In this document: positions 19,479-29,023 of the stretch, one piece after another
Position numbering within the stretch: position 1 is the stretch's first letter
Layout: each line of letters starts with the position of its first letter
Source of the DNA: an uncultured delta proteobacterium
GTDB lineage: Bacteria > Desulfobacterota > Desulfobacteria > Desulfobacterales > B30-G6
Direction of reading: 5' to 3'
Assembly (NCBI GenBank): GCA_963823335.1
Contig: CAWGLD010000004.1
Span: forward strand, 480,001-544,000
DNA length: 64,000 nucleotides
The notes under the pieces: generated by a model
Databases searched by the model: none
What the model was told of the DNA's origin: nothing
The model's input: only the letters and a program-made list of their open reading frames with translations
Position numbers and translations under genes: made by a program

Positions 19479-20086
19479 CAAAGAAGGAACCCGACATGGC
19501 ACCATTCAGGGAATCTATCCGGCGCCTCGCGCAAAACATGCAATCCTGTGAGGAGTGGCTCGAACTTGCCAGGGATCTTAACGAGCCAATTCACATAGGC
19601 AAGGCGCCCGCCGGCCTGCATATGCGGTGGGCCCGCAATGAGGATCTGTTTACCATCAATGCCATGGAAGGGTTTGTAAAAGAAACTGAATTCATGGAAA
19701 AATCCCTTCGAAAAGGAGATCGCTGCCTTCTGTTGGAGGACGACGGAACCATGTGCGCCTTTACCTGGGTAACGTTCCGGGATTTCAAGCTTGCCCCCTG
19801 GTACACCCTCAAACTACCTCCGGGTTGGTGGTACCTAGTCTATATTTTCGTGCACCCGACATACGGCCGCAGAGGCATCGCTTCCTTTCTGTTGGGGTCC
19901 TTGATGGAAGCCCTGCGCGACAAGGGCGGCAGTCGTCTGGTATCCGGCATGTACAGCAACTGGAAGGCTTCCATCGCGCTGCACCGTAAAATGGGCTTTT
20001 TTGTCCATCGGCGCCTAACCCAGTGCAAACTGCTGAACATATTCCCAACACCGCCCAGTATAGAGGAGGGCGAGGGGATAACATAA
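19475..20086 (+). CDS. GNAT-family N-acetyltransferase
   Basis: FVHPTYGRRGIA motif A; N..SIALHRKMGF motif B. Confidence 0.85.
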   Translation: MTKKEPDMAPFRESIRRLAQNMQSCEEWLELARDLNEPIHIGKAPAGLHMRWARNEDLFTINAMEGFVKETEFMEKSLRKGDRCLLLEDDGTMCAFTWVTFRDFKLAPWYTLKLPPGWWYLVYIFVHPTYGRRGIASFLLGSLMEALRDKGGSRLVSGMYSNWKASIALHRKMGFFVHRRLTQCKLLNIFPTPPSIEEGEGIT

Positions 20087-20317
20087 AATCAGTTGTTCTT
20101 TCCTCCCCCGCCTTTGCAGGGTCGCAGGGAGGCGATCCACTTTTCAGTTAAATTATGTCAATGAGGAAACATACAAGGTATACAAGTATTTGGAGCCTCT
20201 CTAAATGTACAGATACTATTGACATGATACGGCAGAGTATTTCCAGCTGCTTTCGACGGAAAGCTTAAACACCTAAAGAAAATTAGCGACGCTTATGGCG
20301 ATGGTCGATTAGATAGT

Positions 20318-20351
20318 CTGGCGTCCGGGGGAGATGGGGCCCGGACGCCAG
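20318..20351. terminator. Hairpin between convergent genes
   Basis: CTGGCGTCCGGG...CCCGGACGCCAG. Confidence 0.5.
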
Positions 20352-20371
20352 CGATAGTCAGGTTCAATGTA

Positions 20372-21928
20372 TTACTGCCCCAGGTTATTTTGCATCGTCT
20401 TTAGCACCTGTTCGAGATTAAAGCTGGCCGGTTTTTGTCGCGGGGGGAACTCCTTATACGTCGCGAGGTGATTCGCTACATAGGACGCGCCTGGCAGAAG
20501 CAGATAGACGCGCTCGAAGCGCCACATATTATACGCCTCCGCCTCGTGATCGGCGCGTTCGAAAGGATCGGTTCTCAGGCAGAAAAGCTTAGGCACGCGC
20601 AGTGTTACCAGCGGTTCCTGCCACACATCAAATCCATGTGCCCGCTGTTCCATGAATACCAGTTTCCATCGGTCGTAGCGAAGATTGGCCAAGCCACCGT
20701 CATCGGTCCAGTAGAAAAATTCCTTGCGCGGTGACTCTTTAACCTCGCCCTTGAAAAAGGGAAGCATGTTGTAGCCGTCAAGATGGACTTTGAAATTCTT
20801 CCCATTGGCCTGATGACCTTTCAGGAGTTTTTCTTTGATATCCGGCTCACCCGCCGCAGCCAGAAATGTCGGCACAATGTCTTCGTGGGAGAAGATATCA
20901 TTATAAATGGTTCTGGGCTTGATCACACCTGGCCACTTGATCAGAGTGGGAACACGGTAACCTCCGTCCCAGTTAGAGTTTTTCTCGTTACGGAACGGGG
21001 TGGAGCCGCCGTCCGGCCAAGAGAAACACTCCGCACCGTTGTCACTGGAATACATGATGATGGTATTATCGGCAAAACCGAGTTCATCAAGCTTATCAAG
21101 CAGCTGGCCCACATGACCGTCATGTTCGACCATGCCGTCCGGATAAACACCCAGGCCGGTGACGCCTTGTGATTCTTTCTTGAGATGCGTAATCACGTGC
21201 ATCCGGCTGGAGTTCCACCACAAGAAGAACGGTTTGTTTGCCTTTTTGGCCCGATCCAAAAAATCGAGGGCGCCGACGGTGATCTCTTCATCAATGGTTT
21301 CCATTCGTTTTTTGGTCAGCGGGCCGGTATCCTCGATTTTACCGTCTGAAGTGGACTTGATCACGCCCCGGGGGCCAAACTTTTTCTTAAACTCCGGATT
21401 CTTTGGATAATCAGCATGCTCTGGCTCTTCTTCGGCGTTCAGGTGATACAGGTTGCCTAGGAACTCATCGAAACCATGTGCGGTCGGCAGGTGCTCATCA
21501 CGATCGCCCAGATGATTTTTGCCGTATTGAGCGGTCATATAACCATGGTTTTTGAGCAGCTCAGCCAAAGTCGGGTCTTTTTCTGAAAGGCCTTCTTTTG
21601 CTCCAGGCAGGCCGACTTTGAGCAAACCGGTGCGAAACGGGCTCTGGCCGGTAATAAATGCAGATCGCCCCGCAGTGCAGGACTGCTGGCCATACCAGTC
21701 TGTGAACAAGGCACCTTCATCAGCAATACGGTCAATGTTTGGCGTTTTGTAACCCATCATACCGCGATTGTAGCAACTGGGGTTATTCCAGCCGATGTCA
21801 TCACCCCAAATCACGAGAATGTTGGGTTTGTCCACTTTTGCCATTACAGGGGCCGCAAACCAGACTACGGCAATCAGTGCGGCAAATAAAATAATTACTG
21901 TGCTTTGATATGATAATCGGGCATTCAT
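20372..21928 (-). CDS. Secreted arylsulfatase (Cys-type)
   Basis: Signal peptide; KPNILVIWGDDIG; SCTAGR (CxAxR) motif; GKNHLG; SDNG. Confidence 0.93.
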   Translation of the reverse strand: MNARLSYQSTVIILFAALIAVVWFAAPVMAKVDKPNILVIWGDDIGWNNPSCYNRGMMGYKTPNIDRIADEGALFTDWYGQQSCTAGRSAFITGQSPFRTGLLKVGLPGAKEGLSEKDPTLAELLKNHGYMTAQYGKNHLGDRDEHLPTAHGFDEFLGNLYHLNAEEEPEHADYPKNPEFKKKFGPRGVIKSTSDGKIEDTGPLTKKRMETIDEEITVGALDFLDRAKKANKPFFLWWNSSRMHVITHLKKESQGVTGLGVYPDGMVEHDGHVGQLLDKLDELGFADNTIIMYSSDNGAECFSWPDGGSTPFRNEKNSNWDGGYRVPTLIKWPGVIKPRTIYNDIFSHEDIVPTFLAAAGEPDIKEKLLKGHQANGKNFKVHLDGYNMLPFFKGEVKESPRKEFFYWTDDGGLANLRYDRWKLVFMEQRAHGFDVWQEPLVTLRVPKLFCLRTDPFERADHEAEAYNMWRFERVYLLLPGASYVANHLATYKEFPPRQKPASFNLEQVLKTMQNNLGQ

Positions 21929-22336
21929 TGTTTTTCTCCTTTCTGAAGTAAAATTATTGGTTGTTCTACAAACCGCGTGCTAAATACTCGGTTCCGAACC
22001 AAAACGCTTGGAGACATGCCGTCTCCGGATCTTTTTTCGTTTTGCAGAAAAAGAATTTAAACAGGAGATCAATTGATCGGACATCACAACATTTATTCGA
22101 ATGATGACAATAAGCGGATTGGCCGGCTTGTTCTTCATCGGTTTCCCCCCTCTCAAATGGTTTGCATGATTTAAAGAAGATGATAGGTCTGAAAGGGAAG
22201 AACAGGTCAAGGATCAGTTCAGATACGGCTCAGATATGGAGATTCAGCTTCAGACCAAATGTGGTTTGAATGCTATAAGAGCTGCATACATGAATAGGTT
22301 GAATGTGTCAAGATTCGGCTATTTCTGCAGTACCGA

Positions 22337-22378
22337 GTCGGGTGGCCCAGGGGAATCTCACCCCCAGGCTCCCACAGA
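22337..22378 (-). other. Group II intron 3'-end remnant (end of DV plus DVI)
   Basis: Minus strand TCTGTGGGAGCCTGGGGGTGAGATTCCCCTGGGCCACCCGAC: DVI-like hairpin ending ACCCGAC. Confidence 0.6.
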
Positions 22379-22455
22379 GGGGGGCATTTTTCGGCCTTAA
22401 CTTACCACCGCCGTTATACCTGTATCGTCCTGTTTTATTTGCCACCGGAAACATA

Positions 22456-22656
22456 TTAGAAGCTATCTCAAAAAAAAGCTTTTGGCCCAATTTCTGTGTT
22501 GGTCCCTTGCTTCAACTCCTCGGAATACTTCAGTATGCACCCCAAGGGCATTTCCTGCGGGCACCTGCGGGTTGAAGTTCGGGTCCACCTTGAACTTGAC
22601 GAAGATCCCGCTCTTTTTGCGGGGAACCAAAAGCTTTTTTTTGAGATGGTTTCTAA
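22456..22656. mobile_element. MITE with 30-bp terminal inverted repeats, TA flanks
   Basis: TTAGAAGCTATCTCAAAAAAAAGCTTTTGG / CCAAAAGCTTTTTTTTGAGATGGTTTCTAA (2 mismatches). Confidence 0.85.
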
Positions 22657-23231
22657 TCAGTGGCCAATTTTCCAAGCAACCAAGCCATGTTCTGACCGAG
22701 CGTTGCCATGGTTCCCTTGGCCTCTTCATCCTTTTCCACATCACCGATATTCCGGCCGAAACCCATGTTCCAGTAATTAGATCCAGGCACAATCATCTGA
22801 CTGATAAAGAAAAAGTGGTTCAAGGAATCAAATGTGTGTATAGCCCCACCCCTGCGGGCGGCAACCACTGCGGCTCCCACTTTTCGCTTGAGCATGCCAC
22901 CATTGGCAATAGATGTCATACCAGACCGGTCGATCAATGCCTTGATCTGAGATGTGAGATCGGCAAAATATACCGGAGACGCCAAAATTATACCATCAGC
23001 CGTGAGCATTTTTTCAATGCATTCATTGGCGATATCTTTTTCTACAGCACAGCGCTGATTTTTATTCTCAAAACACTTGTAGCATGCAATGCAGCCGTTG
23101 ATTCTTTTTCCTTTCATCTGGTATAATTCGGTATCGATTCCCTCTTTCTCCAATTCAGCAAAGACCCAGCGAACCATCGTTGCTGTGTTCCCATCCTTAC
23201 GTGCACTTCCATTGAATGCGACAACCTTCAT
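22653..23231 (-). CDS. Iron-sulfur flavoprotein (flavodoxin family)
   Basis: NGSARKDGNT, CIACYKC-x6-C, ASPVYF, RRGG. Confidence 0.9.
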   Translation of the reverse strand: MKVVAFNGSARKDGNTATMVRWVFAELEKEGIDTELYQMKGKRINGCIACYKCFENKNQRCAVEKDIANECIEKMLTADGIILASPVYFADLTSQIKALIDRSGMTSIANGGMLKRKVGAAVVAARRGGAIHTFDSLNHFFFISQMIVPGSNYWNMGFGRNIGDVEKDEEAKGTMATLGQNMAWLLGKLATD

Positions 23232-23281
23232 AGCTGAACTCTCCCTGTTTATCCGTTCCGGATAAAGTTTGTTATTGACTC

Positions 23282-23695
23282 CTATGCCTTCGTATAGACA
23301 CCCCTACCTACACTCTTGATCTTGCCCTGCTTCCTCAACTTAAAAACAATATTTGCCAGTTTCTTTTTATCAAATCCAGTCTTTTCTAAAAGATCTGCGG
23401 AAGTGACGCCACTTTTTGACCCTGTGATAGAATTCAGCACAGTATCGGAGGCAGTGTCAGTTTTCACAGCTTCTTTGATCGGTGCCTTCTTCGCTGGTGC
23501 TTTCTTGGGTGCCGTTTTCTTTGGTTTTGCCTTAGTCTTTGGCACAGGTTTGGCCTTAGTCTTCCTAACAGGTTTAGCTTTAGCCGGTTCCTTAGGTGCT
23601 ACCTTTTCCAGCTTCTCTGCCAACTTCTCCACACCCTGTGCTATAGTTCTCAGGCCTTCCGCTACTGCTTTCAACGCTACATCAAAATCCTTCAT
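23282..23695 (-). CDS. Basic K/A/P-rich protein with C-terminal winged-HTH (putative nucleoid-associated)
   Basis: N-terminal coiled helix, PAKAKPVRKTKAKP linker, C-terminal LLEKTGFDKKKLANIVFKLRKQGKIKSVGRGVY. Confidence 0.7.
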   Translation of the reverse strand: MKDFDVALKAVAEGLRTIAQGVEKLAEKLEKVAPKEPAKAKPVRKTKAKPVPKTKAKPKKTAPKKAPAKKAPIKEAVKTDTASDTVLNSITGSKSGVTSADLLEKTGFDKKKLANIVFKLRKQGKIKSVGRGVYTKA

Positions 23696-23872
23696 AAATT
23701 ACCTCCTGTAAAATAAGTTTGGGGTAGTATAGTGCAGGCGTTGAATAACGCAAGTGGAAAAATATAGAGGTTTGTTGGTAGGTGGCCTTTTTATAAAAAT
23801 ACCTCTGTCTATTCACCCCATGCTTTTCTTATTTCATCATCAGTGTTGAAAATATAATCTTGGGCATGTGTT

Positions 23873-24307
23873 TCAAACTGCAACCCGTTCCGGAACAGCC
23901 CCCGTTTCTTTACCAAACACATATGAGAACAGAATCGCAATAAGATCCCCAATAATGTACGATAGGAAGACAACCACATGGAGAATCGCATAAGGCTGAA
24001 ATCTCCCCGTAAACAGGATAGGTGCAACAACCCCTATAAACCAGACAGCCTTGTAACAAAGCTGAAGGAGCAAGACTGGTACAAATTTCAAAGGCGCTTT
24101 CAGTCCCAGTATCGATAGGAGTCCAGATGATAAATACACACTGCCCATTACTCTGTAAACGATTGGATCTTGGGCAGGCCGGTTGAAAATCATACGCATG
24201 TAGGCAGGCATCACGATTATCCCCAGACCGAATCCCCCTGCACCAACAATGGTGTAGATGTACATGGCTTTGAGCCAAGCATATCGAATTTTGTGATCCC
24301 CTGGCAT
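23873..24307 (-). CDS. Hypothetical 4-TM membrane protein
   Basis: Hydrophobic 144-aa ORF with RBS GAGGTGA. Confidence 0.7.
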   Translation of the reverse strand: MPGDHKIRYAWLKAMYIYTIVGAGGFGLGIIVMPAYMRMIFNRPAQDPIVYRVMGSVYLSSGLLSILGLKAPLKFVPVLLLQLCYKAVWFIGVVAPILFTGRFQPYAILHVVVFLSYIIGDLIAILFSYVFGKETGAVPERVAV

Positions 24308-24805
24308 ATCTCACCTCCCCACCTCAGAAAAATAGTAAACAAGACCATCACTGACCCTGCATAGGAAACCTCCTTCCATTCAAAATAGTAGCTGTAAATC
24401 ATGAACGTAATTACCACGCGCCTCCATTAGGGGACCTCCCCTCTGGAGGCACCATAAAAGCAACTTTAAACATCCTTGTGTCAGATAAAGGGGAATGCGC
24501 TCGCTGTTGCGGTTCAGATATAGATCTTGAACAGTGGTTTCTGCCATTGTAGAAATGACTGATTAAAAGTAGCGGTATGTGTAGGATGCCGGTCTCGCCG
24601 AAAATAAGATCGGGTAAAAAATACTCGAATTGAAACCTATATTAAGTAGCACGATCACCGCAGGATGACAATCCGTCATTGTTTGAACCAAAAACGGGCA
24701 ACGACCCGCTTAACCAAATATCAATTGACAGTGAACCGTGCATTTCTGTAACGTGGCGAACAATATCACTGAAAAAACATCTTTTTATGGTGTTCGACTA
24801 TTTTT

Positions 24806-27800
24806 ATGAAAACAAGGTCAAAAATAACCCTAATTTCCATCGGTGTGCTCGCCTCATGCCTGCTGGTATTGGCAGTCAGTCTCTCTATCTTTGTCAACAC
24901 CGATCAATTCCGAAATATCCTTTTGAATAAAATCAACCCTTCCATTGCCGGAAATCTGACCGTGGGCGGCCATGATATTTCACTTCTGAAAGGCAAAATC
25001 GCCCTTCAGAACCTTACGCTCGAAAACCCCCCGGGAAACCGCCTTGCAGCCCTGGAGTATCTGATGGCGGATATCGCATTTTTGCCCCTTCTGACCCGAA
25101 CCCTTGTCATTGAAACACTCACCTTAAAAAAACCGGAGATCCGGGTTAAAATCGATAAAGACGGGGTTGTGGATATCGTCGAGGCCTTCAACGCCTCTCC
25201 ACCGGTAAAAAAGGTACAGACCCAGGAGGAGTCGAGCACCCCGTTTAATGTGATCGCAGAGAAAATCTGGATTACAGACGGCGATTGTAACATCACCTCC
25301 ATACCAGACAATCTTCAAATGGACCTGAATCGGATAACTGTTCAGGCCACAGCGGATCTTTTTAAAAAAGCAGGCCAGATCGACATCAGGGTTGAGGACA
25401 CTGCCCTCGCATATGATACACGCCACATGAAAATCAGCCCTGTCACATTATCTGTTCTGCTGACGAAAGATCAGTCCGCGTCCGTGGCATTCAAAGCCAA
25501 AACCGATTTTGCAGAGATCGCATTGACTGGTGAGGTGGGCCAGGTACTTCACAATCCGGATTTGAATCTCGATCTGACCTTTGATGTTTCACTTTCCGAA
25601 TTGAAAAACCTGCTGCCCTTGCCGGCTGTGTTTTCGGGGAAAACAAACGGCGTGTTGACCGTTCGGGGCGACTGGCGTAATCCAGAAGCGGATCTGCGTC
25701 TGCAGTACAGTGGCGGTTCTCTGGCAGGGTATCCTGTGGATGGATTGCATACAGACCTGCGATTGAAGGACAGACAGCTTCTTGTGCAGCAACTTCAGAT
25801 CCTGGCAGGCAACGGTGAAATCAGTCTTGCCGGCAATATAGACCTGCAGGAAGTATTTCCGGAGGGTCTGGTTTCTTCACGGATACAGCCCCATAAAGTC
25901 CGTTATGCCCTGGATGCAGGTCTGAAACATATCGATGTCGCCTTCCTGGATAAAGACACCCTTGGCGTCAAAGGTTTTTTGAATTCCACGACAGCGTTTC
26001 AAGGAGCAGGAATCGACTTCAACACGCTGTCGATAGCCGCCAGCATGGATGCTGTACTGGAAAAATTCTTTCTGGAAGGGATGCAACACCCCATTGATCT
26101 GAAAATGCATGCATCGGGAAAAATGGAAGACGGCGTCATCGATTCAAAACAGGTAACCATCGTTGCCGCAGGCACCCGTTTGAATGCCAGTGGCATGCTT
26201 GATCTGCCATCCGCTCACATCCAGGCGCAATTGACCGCCGACACAGAAAACATCGAAAATCCACTGTCCCTGCTCGGTATGACCGGAAATTCAGGGGTTT
26301 GTGCCATGAAAGCAGATGTGTCCGGTTCCTGGGAGCAGCCGGTCGTCGGGCTTGAAATAAATGCAAAGAAAATGCAGTTCAACGGTCTGCGCCTGGGGGA
26401 TGTCGATCTGGCAGCGAACATGGATCAAAACGGTCTTATTAAGATTCTTTCCTTGAAACTTGACAATCAGGGGACGCAGGCCCAGGGAAACGGAACAATC
26501 CAACTGCTCAAGGATAAATTTCAGCTTCACGAAACCATGCCCCTCAAAGCCGAATTGAAAATCGCCAATGCGCAGGCACGTGATTTTTTAGATGACGTGC
26601 CCGTCAACGGCTCTTTCGAAGGAGAGATGCAGGTTCATGGAAACGTTCGTTCGCTTCAGGCTTCGACAGTTTTGAGCGGAAAAGATGTCGCCTATGAAAA
26701 AATATTTTTGGGGGATGTGGACACGAATCTACGGTTTTTTAACGGGAAAGTCCTTCTGGATCAATTGCGGATCAAAAACCAGACCGCTGCATGCTCTCTG
26801 AATGGCGACATACAGGTTTTCGAGCCCAATTCATGGCATCGGCTGTCAGACCCTGTTTTGAATCTGGATTTGAAAGCGGAGACACCATCCATTGCAGCGT
26901 ACATTCCCGACATCGAGGGAAATCTGTATCTTGACGCGCATCTTGATGGGCCTGTATCCCGCCTGCAGGGAAGAGGATCTGTCAAAGGGGATCAACTTGA
27001 CTTTTCGGGACAGTCTGTGGAAAAGGTGACGCTGGATATTGAACTGAAGGACAATCGTCTGCATGTGCAGCCTTTGAAGGTGGTTTTCGAAGCGGAAAGT
27101 GTCGTGACTGGATCCGGCTGGATCGGTTTCGACGGGGATTTTGCCTTGGATCTTCATTCAACGGACTTGCTGCTCAACAGCATCGGCAAGATAAAAGAGA
27201 CGGGAATGGTCGAGGGTAAAATGGATTTCCATGTTCGGGGGGAAGGCAACGTCAAAAGTCCATCCATTTACGGCGATATCCATGCCAAAGAGGTTCTGGT
27301 CAATAATCAGAAAACGGATGACTTCGATTTTCAAGTCACGCTGGTTGACAACCAGGTATCCATCAAGGGACGTCAAACCTTTGAACTCAACCTTGTTTAC
27401 CATCTGCTGAACAAGAATTATTCCATCAATCTTTTCTTTGCAGATACGAACACCTCACCCTTATTTCTCATAATCGGTAAAAAGGATATTGGTGGGAAGC
27501 TGAGTGGAGAGCTGGTAGCCCAGGGAAACATGGCGTCTCTCGAAAAAAGCGAAGCCTCTCTGGACATTTCAAGCCTGTCTTTGACCTATCTGGGTGTATC
27601 TTTTGTCAAGGCAAACCGCATTCAGGGAAATCTGAAAGATCAACAGCTGACACTTCCTGAATTCCATCTGAACTTCCTGGAATCAGGCGAACTGAAGGTA
27701 AAAGGATCCGGAACGTTAGATGGCTATTTTGATATGGCAGTTGACGGTAATGTCCCGACGGAAGCCGCCGTGTTGTTGTTACAGGATCTCACGGATATGA

Positions 27801-29023
27801 AAGGCCATATAAGCATCCATGCCGAAATTAAAGGAACTGTCTCGGAACCCGATTTGTCAGCAGAAATTGTTTTTCACGATGTGGGGTACACGCTGCCGCA
27901 AATAGATCCCACCTTTAAAGAGATAAATGGAAATCTCAAATTGACGCCTTCCCACCTGTTGCTCGAAGACATAAGCGGAAAGATCGATTCAGGGAGGTTC
28001 CAGTTCAACGGAGAGGTGGCGCTGGAAAATTTTCGCCCCGGTCGCATTCGACTCGACTTGACAATCAATAATATGCCCATCACCGTTCCAGGAACGATGG
28101 ATGTTTTGATCAATACGGATCTGTCAGCTTCGGGAACAATGGAAAACATCCTTTTAGAAGGTGATCTCGTCCTAGGTGAGGGCGTATATTATAAGAAAGT
28201 ACAAACGAGCCTGCTCGAGAGCATGAAAGAACAAACCCGGACCATAGAAGTGCCCGCGAATAAAAGGAAGTCCTTTCTTTTCGACAACATCTCCTACAAT
28301 ATCAGGCTGAAATATCGCGAGCCATTTATCGTGGACAACGATATTGCCTATCTGGAAATTCATCCCGATCTGACCCTCTCCGGAACGTTGAACGACCCTG
28401 TCATCACCGGCGCAGCAAAAGTTCACGAGGGAACCATTACCTTTCAAAACAAATCTTTTGTCGTCGAAAGAGGCATCGTCAATTTTTTGAATCCCTACAA
28501 AATTGCGCCGGAGGTCGATATCGTGGGCAGTATAAATATACGGCAATGGCATATTTCCCTGATGGTGTACGGACCGCCAAACAAACTCGTGGTGGAACTG
28601 TCGTCCACACCATCGGAGGAGGATGCCGACATACTTTCGCTGCTCGTTTTCGGGAAAACCACCTATGAAATGAGAAGCGGCGGTGACGCGGATGCGGACT
28701 CTACCGAAGCACTTCTGGCGCAACTGGTAGCGACATCGTTCGGAGGGGACATCAAAAAAACCACCGGACTGGACTACCTGGAAGTTAATACCGAGGAGGG
28801 TAGAACGGAAAGTGATCCAAATATCATTAACGTGACGGTGGGAAAAGACCTTACCGATCGGATGGCCGTAAAATATACCATCGGGTCGGGAAGTGGCGAA
28901 TATCAACAACGCGCCTCCACAGAATACAAACTTATCGAATACATTATACTGAGCGGATTTCAGAGTATTGAAGGAAGTTACGGTGGTGAAATTATTTTCA
29001 GGATCGAGTTCCGTTTGTTTTAG
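24806..29023 (+). CDS. tamB: Translocation/assembly module TamB-like protein
   Basis: 1405 aa, N-terminal anchor, repeated beta-taco segments, DUF490-like C-terminus (LSSTPSEEDADILSLLVFG, TVGKDLTDR). Confidence 0.85.
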   Translation: MKTRSKITLISIGVLASCLLVLAVSLSIFVNTDQFRNILLNKINPSIAGNLTVGGHDISLLKGKIALQNLTLENPPGNRLAALEYLMADIAFLPLLTRTLVIETLTLKKPEIRVKIDKDGVVDIVEAFNASPPVKKVQTQEESSTPFNVIAEKIWITDGDCNITSIPDNLQMDLNRITVQATADLFKKAGQIDIRVEDTALAYDTRHMKISPVTLSVLLTKDQSASVAFKAKTDFAEIALTGEVGQVLHNPDLNLDLTFDVSLSELKNLLPLPAVFSGKTNGVLTVRGDWRNPEADLRLQYSGGSLAGYPVDGLHTDLRLKDRQLLVQQLQILAGNGEISLAGNIDLQEVFPEGLVSSRIQPHKVRYALDAGLKHIDVAFLDKDTLGVKGFLNSTTAFQGAGIDFNTLSIAASMDAVLEKFFLEGMQHPIDLKMHASGKMEDGVIDSKQVTIVAAGTRLNASGMLDLPSAHIQAQLTADTENIENPLSLLGMTGNSGVCAMKADVSGSWEQPVVGLEINAKKMQFNGLRLGDVDLAANMDQNGLIKILSLKLDNQGTQAQGNGTIQLLKDKFQLHETMPLKAELKIANAQARDFLDDVPVNGSFEGEMQVHGNVRSLQASTVLSGKDVAYEKIFLGDVDTNLRFFNGKVLLDQLRIKNQTAACSLNGDIQVFEPNSWHRLSDPVLNLDLKAETPSIAAYIPDIEGNLYLDAHLDGPVSRLQGRGSVKGDQLDFSGQSVEKVTLDIELKDNRLHVQPLKVVFEAESVVTGSGWIGFDGDFALDLHSTDLLLNSIGKIKETGMVEGKMDFHVRGEGNVKSPSIYGDIHAKEVLVNNQKTDDFDFQVTLVDNQVSIKGRQTFELNLVYHLLNKNYSINLFFADTNTSPLFLIIGKKDIGGKLSGELVAQGNMASLEKSEASLDISSLSLTYLGVSFVKANRIQGNLKDQQLTLPEFHLNFLESGELKVKGSGTLDGYFDMAVDGNVPTEAAVLLLQDLTDMKGHISIHAEIKGTVSEPDLSAEIVFHDVGYTLPQIDPTFKEINGNLKLTPSHLLLEDISGKIDSGRFQFNGEVALENFRPGRIRLDLTINNMPITVPGTMDVLINTDLSASGTMENILLEGDLVLGEGVYYKKVQTSLLESMKEQTRTIEVPANKRKSFLFDNISYNIRLKYREPFIVDNDIAYLEIHPDLTLSGTLNDPVITGAAKVHEGTITFQNKSFVVERGIVNFLNPYKIAPEVDIVGSINIRQWHISLMVYGPPNKLVVELSSTPSEEDADILSLLVFGKTTYEMRSGGDADADSTEALLAQLVATSFGGDIKKTTGLDYLEVNTEEGRTESDPNIINVTVGKDLTDRMAVKYTIGSGSGEYQQRASTEYKLIEYIILSGFQSIEGSYGGEIIFRIEFRLF

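Noticed and set aside
22482-23126. ORFs spanning the MITEs (also 48588-48974)
   Set aside because: They run through non-coding repeat elements or overlap real genes
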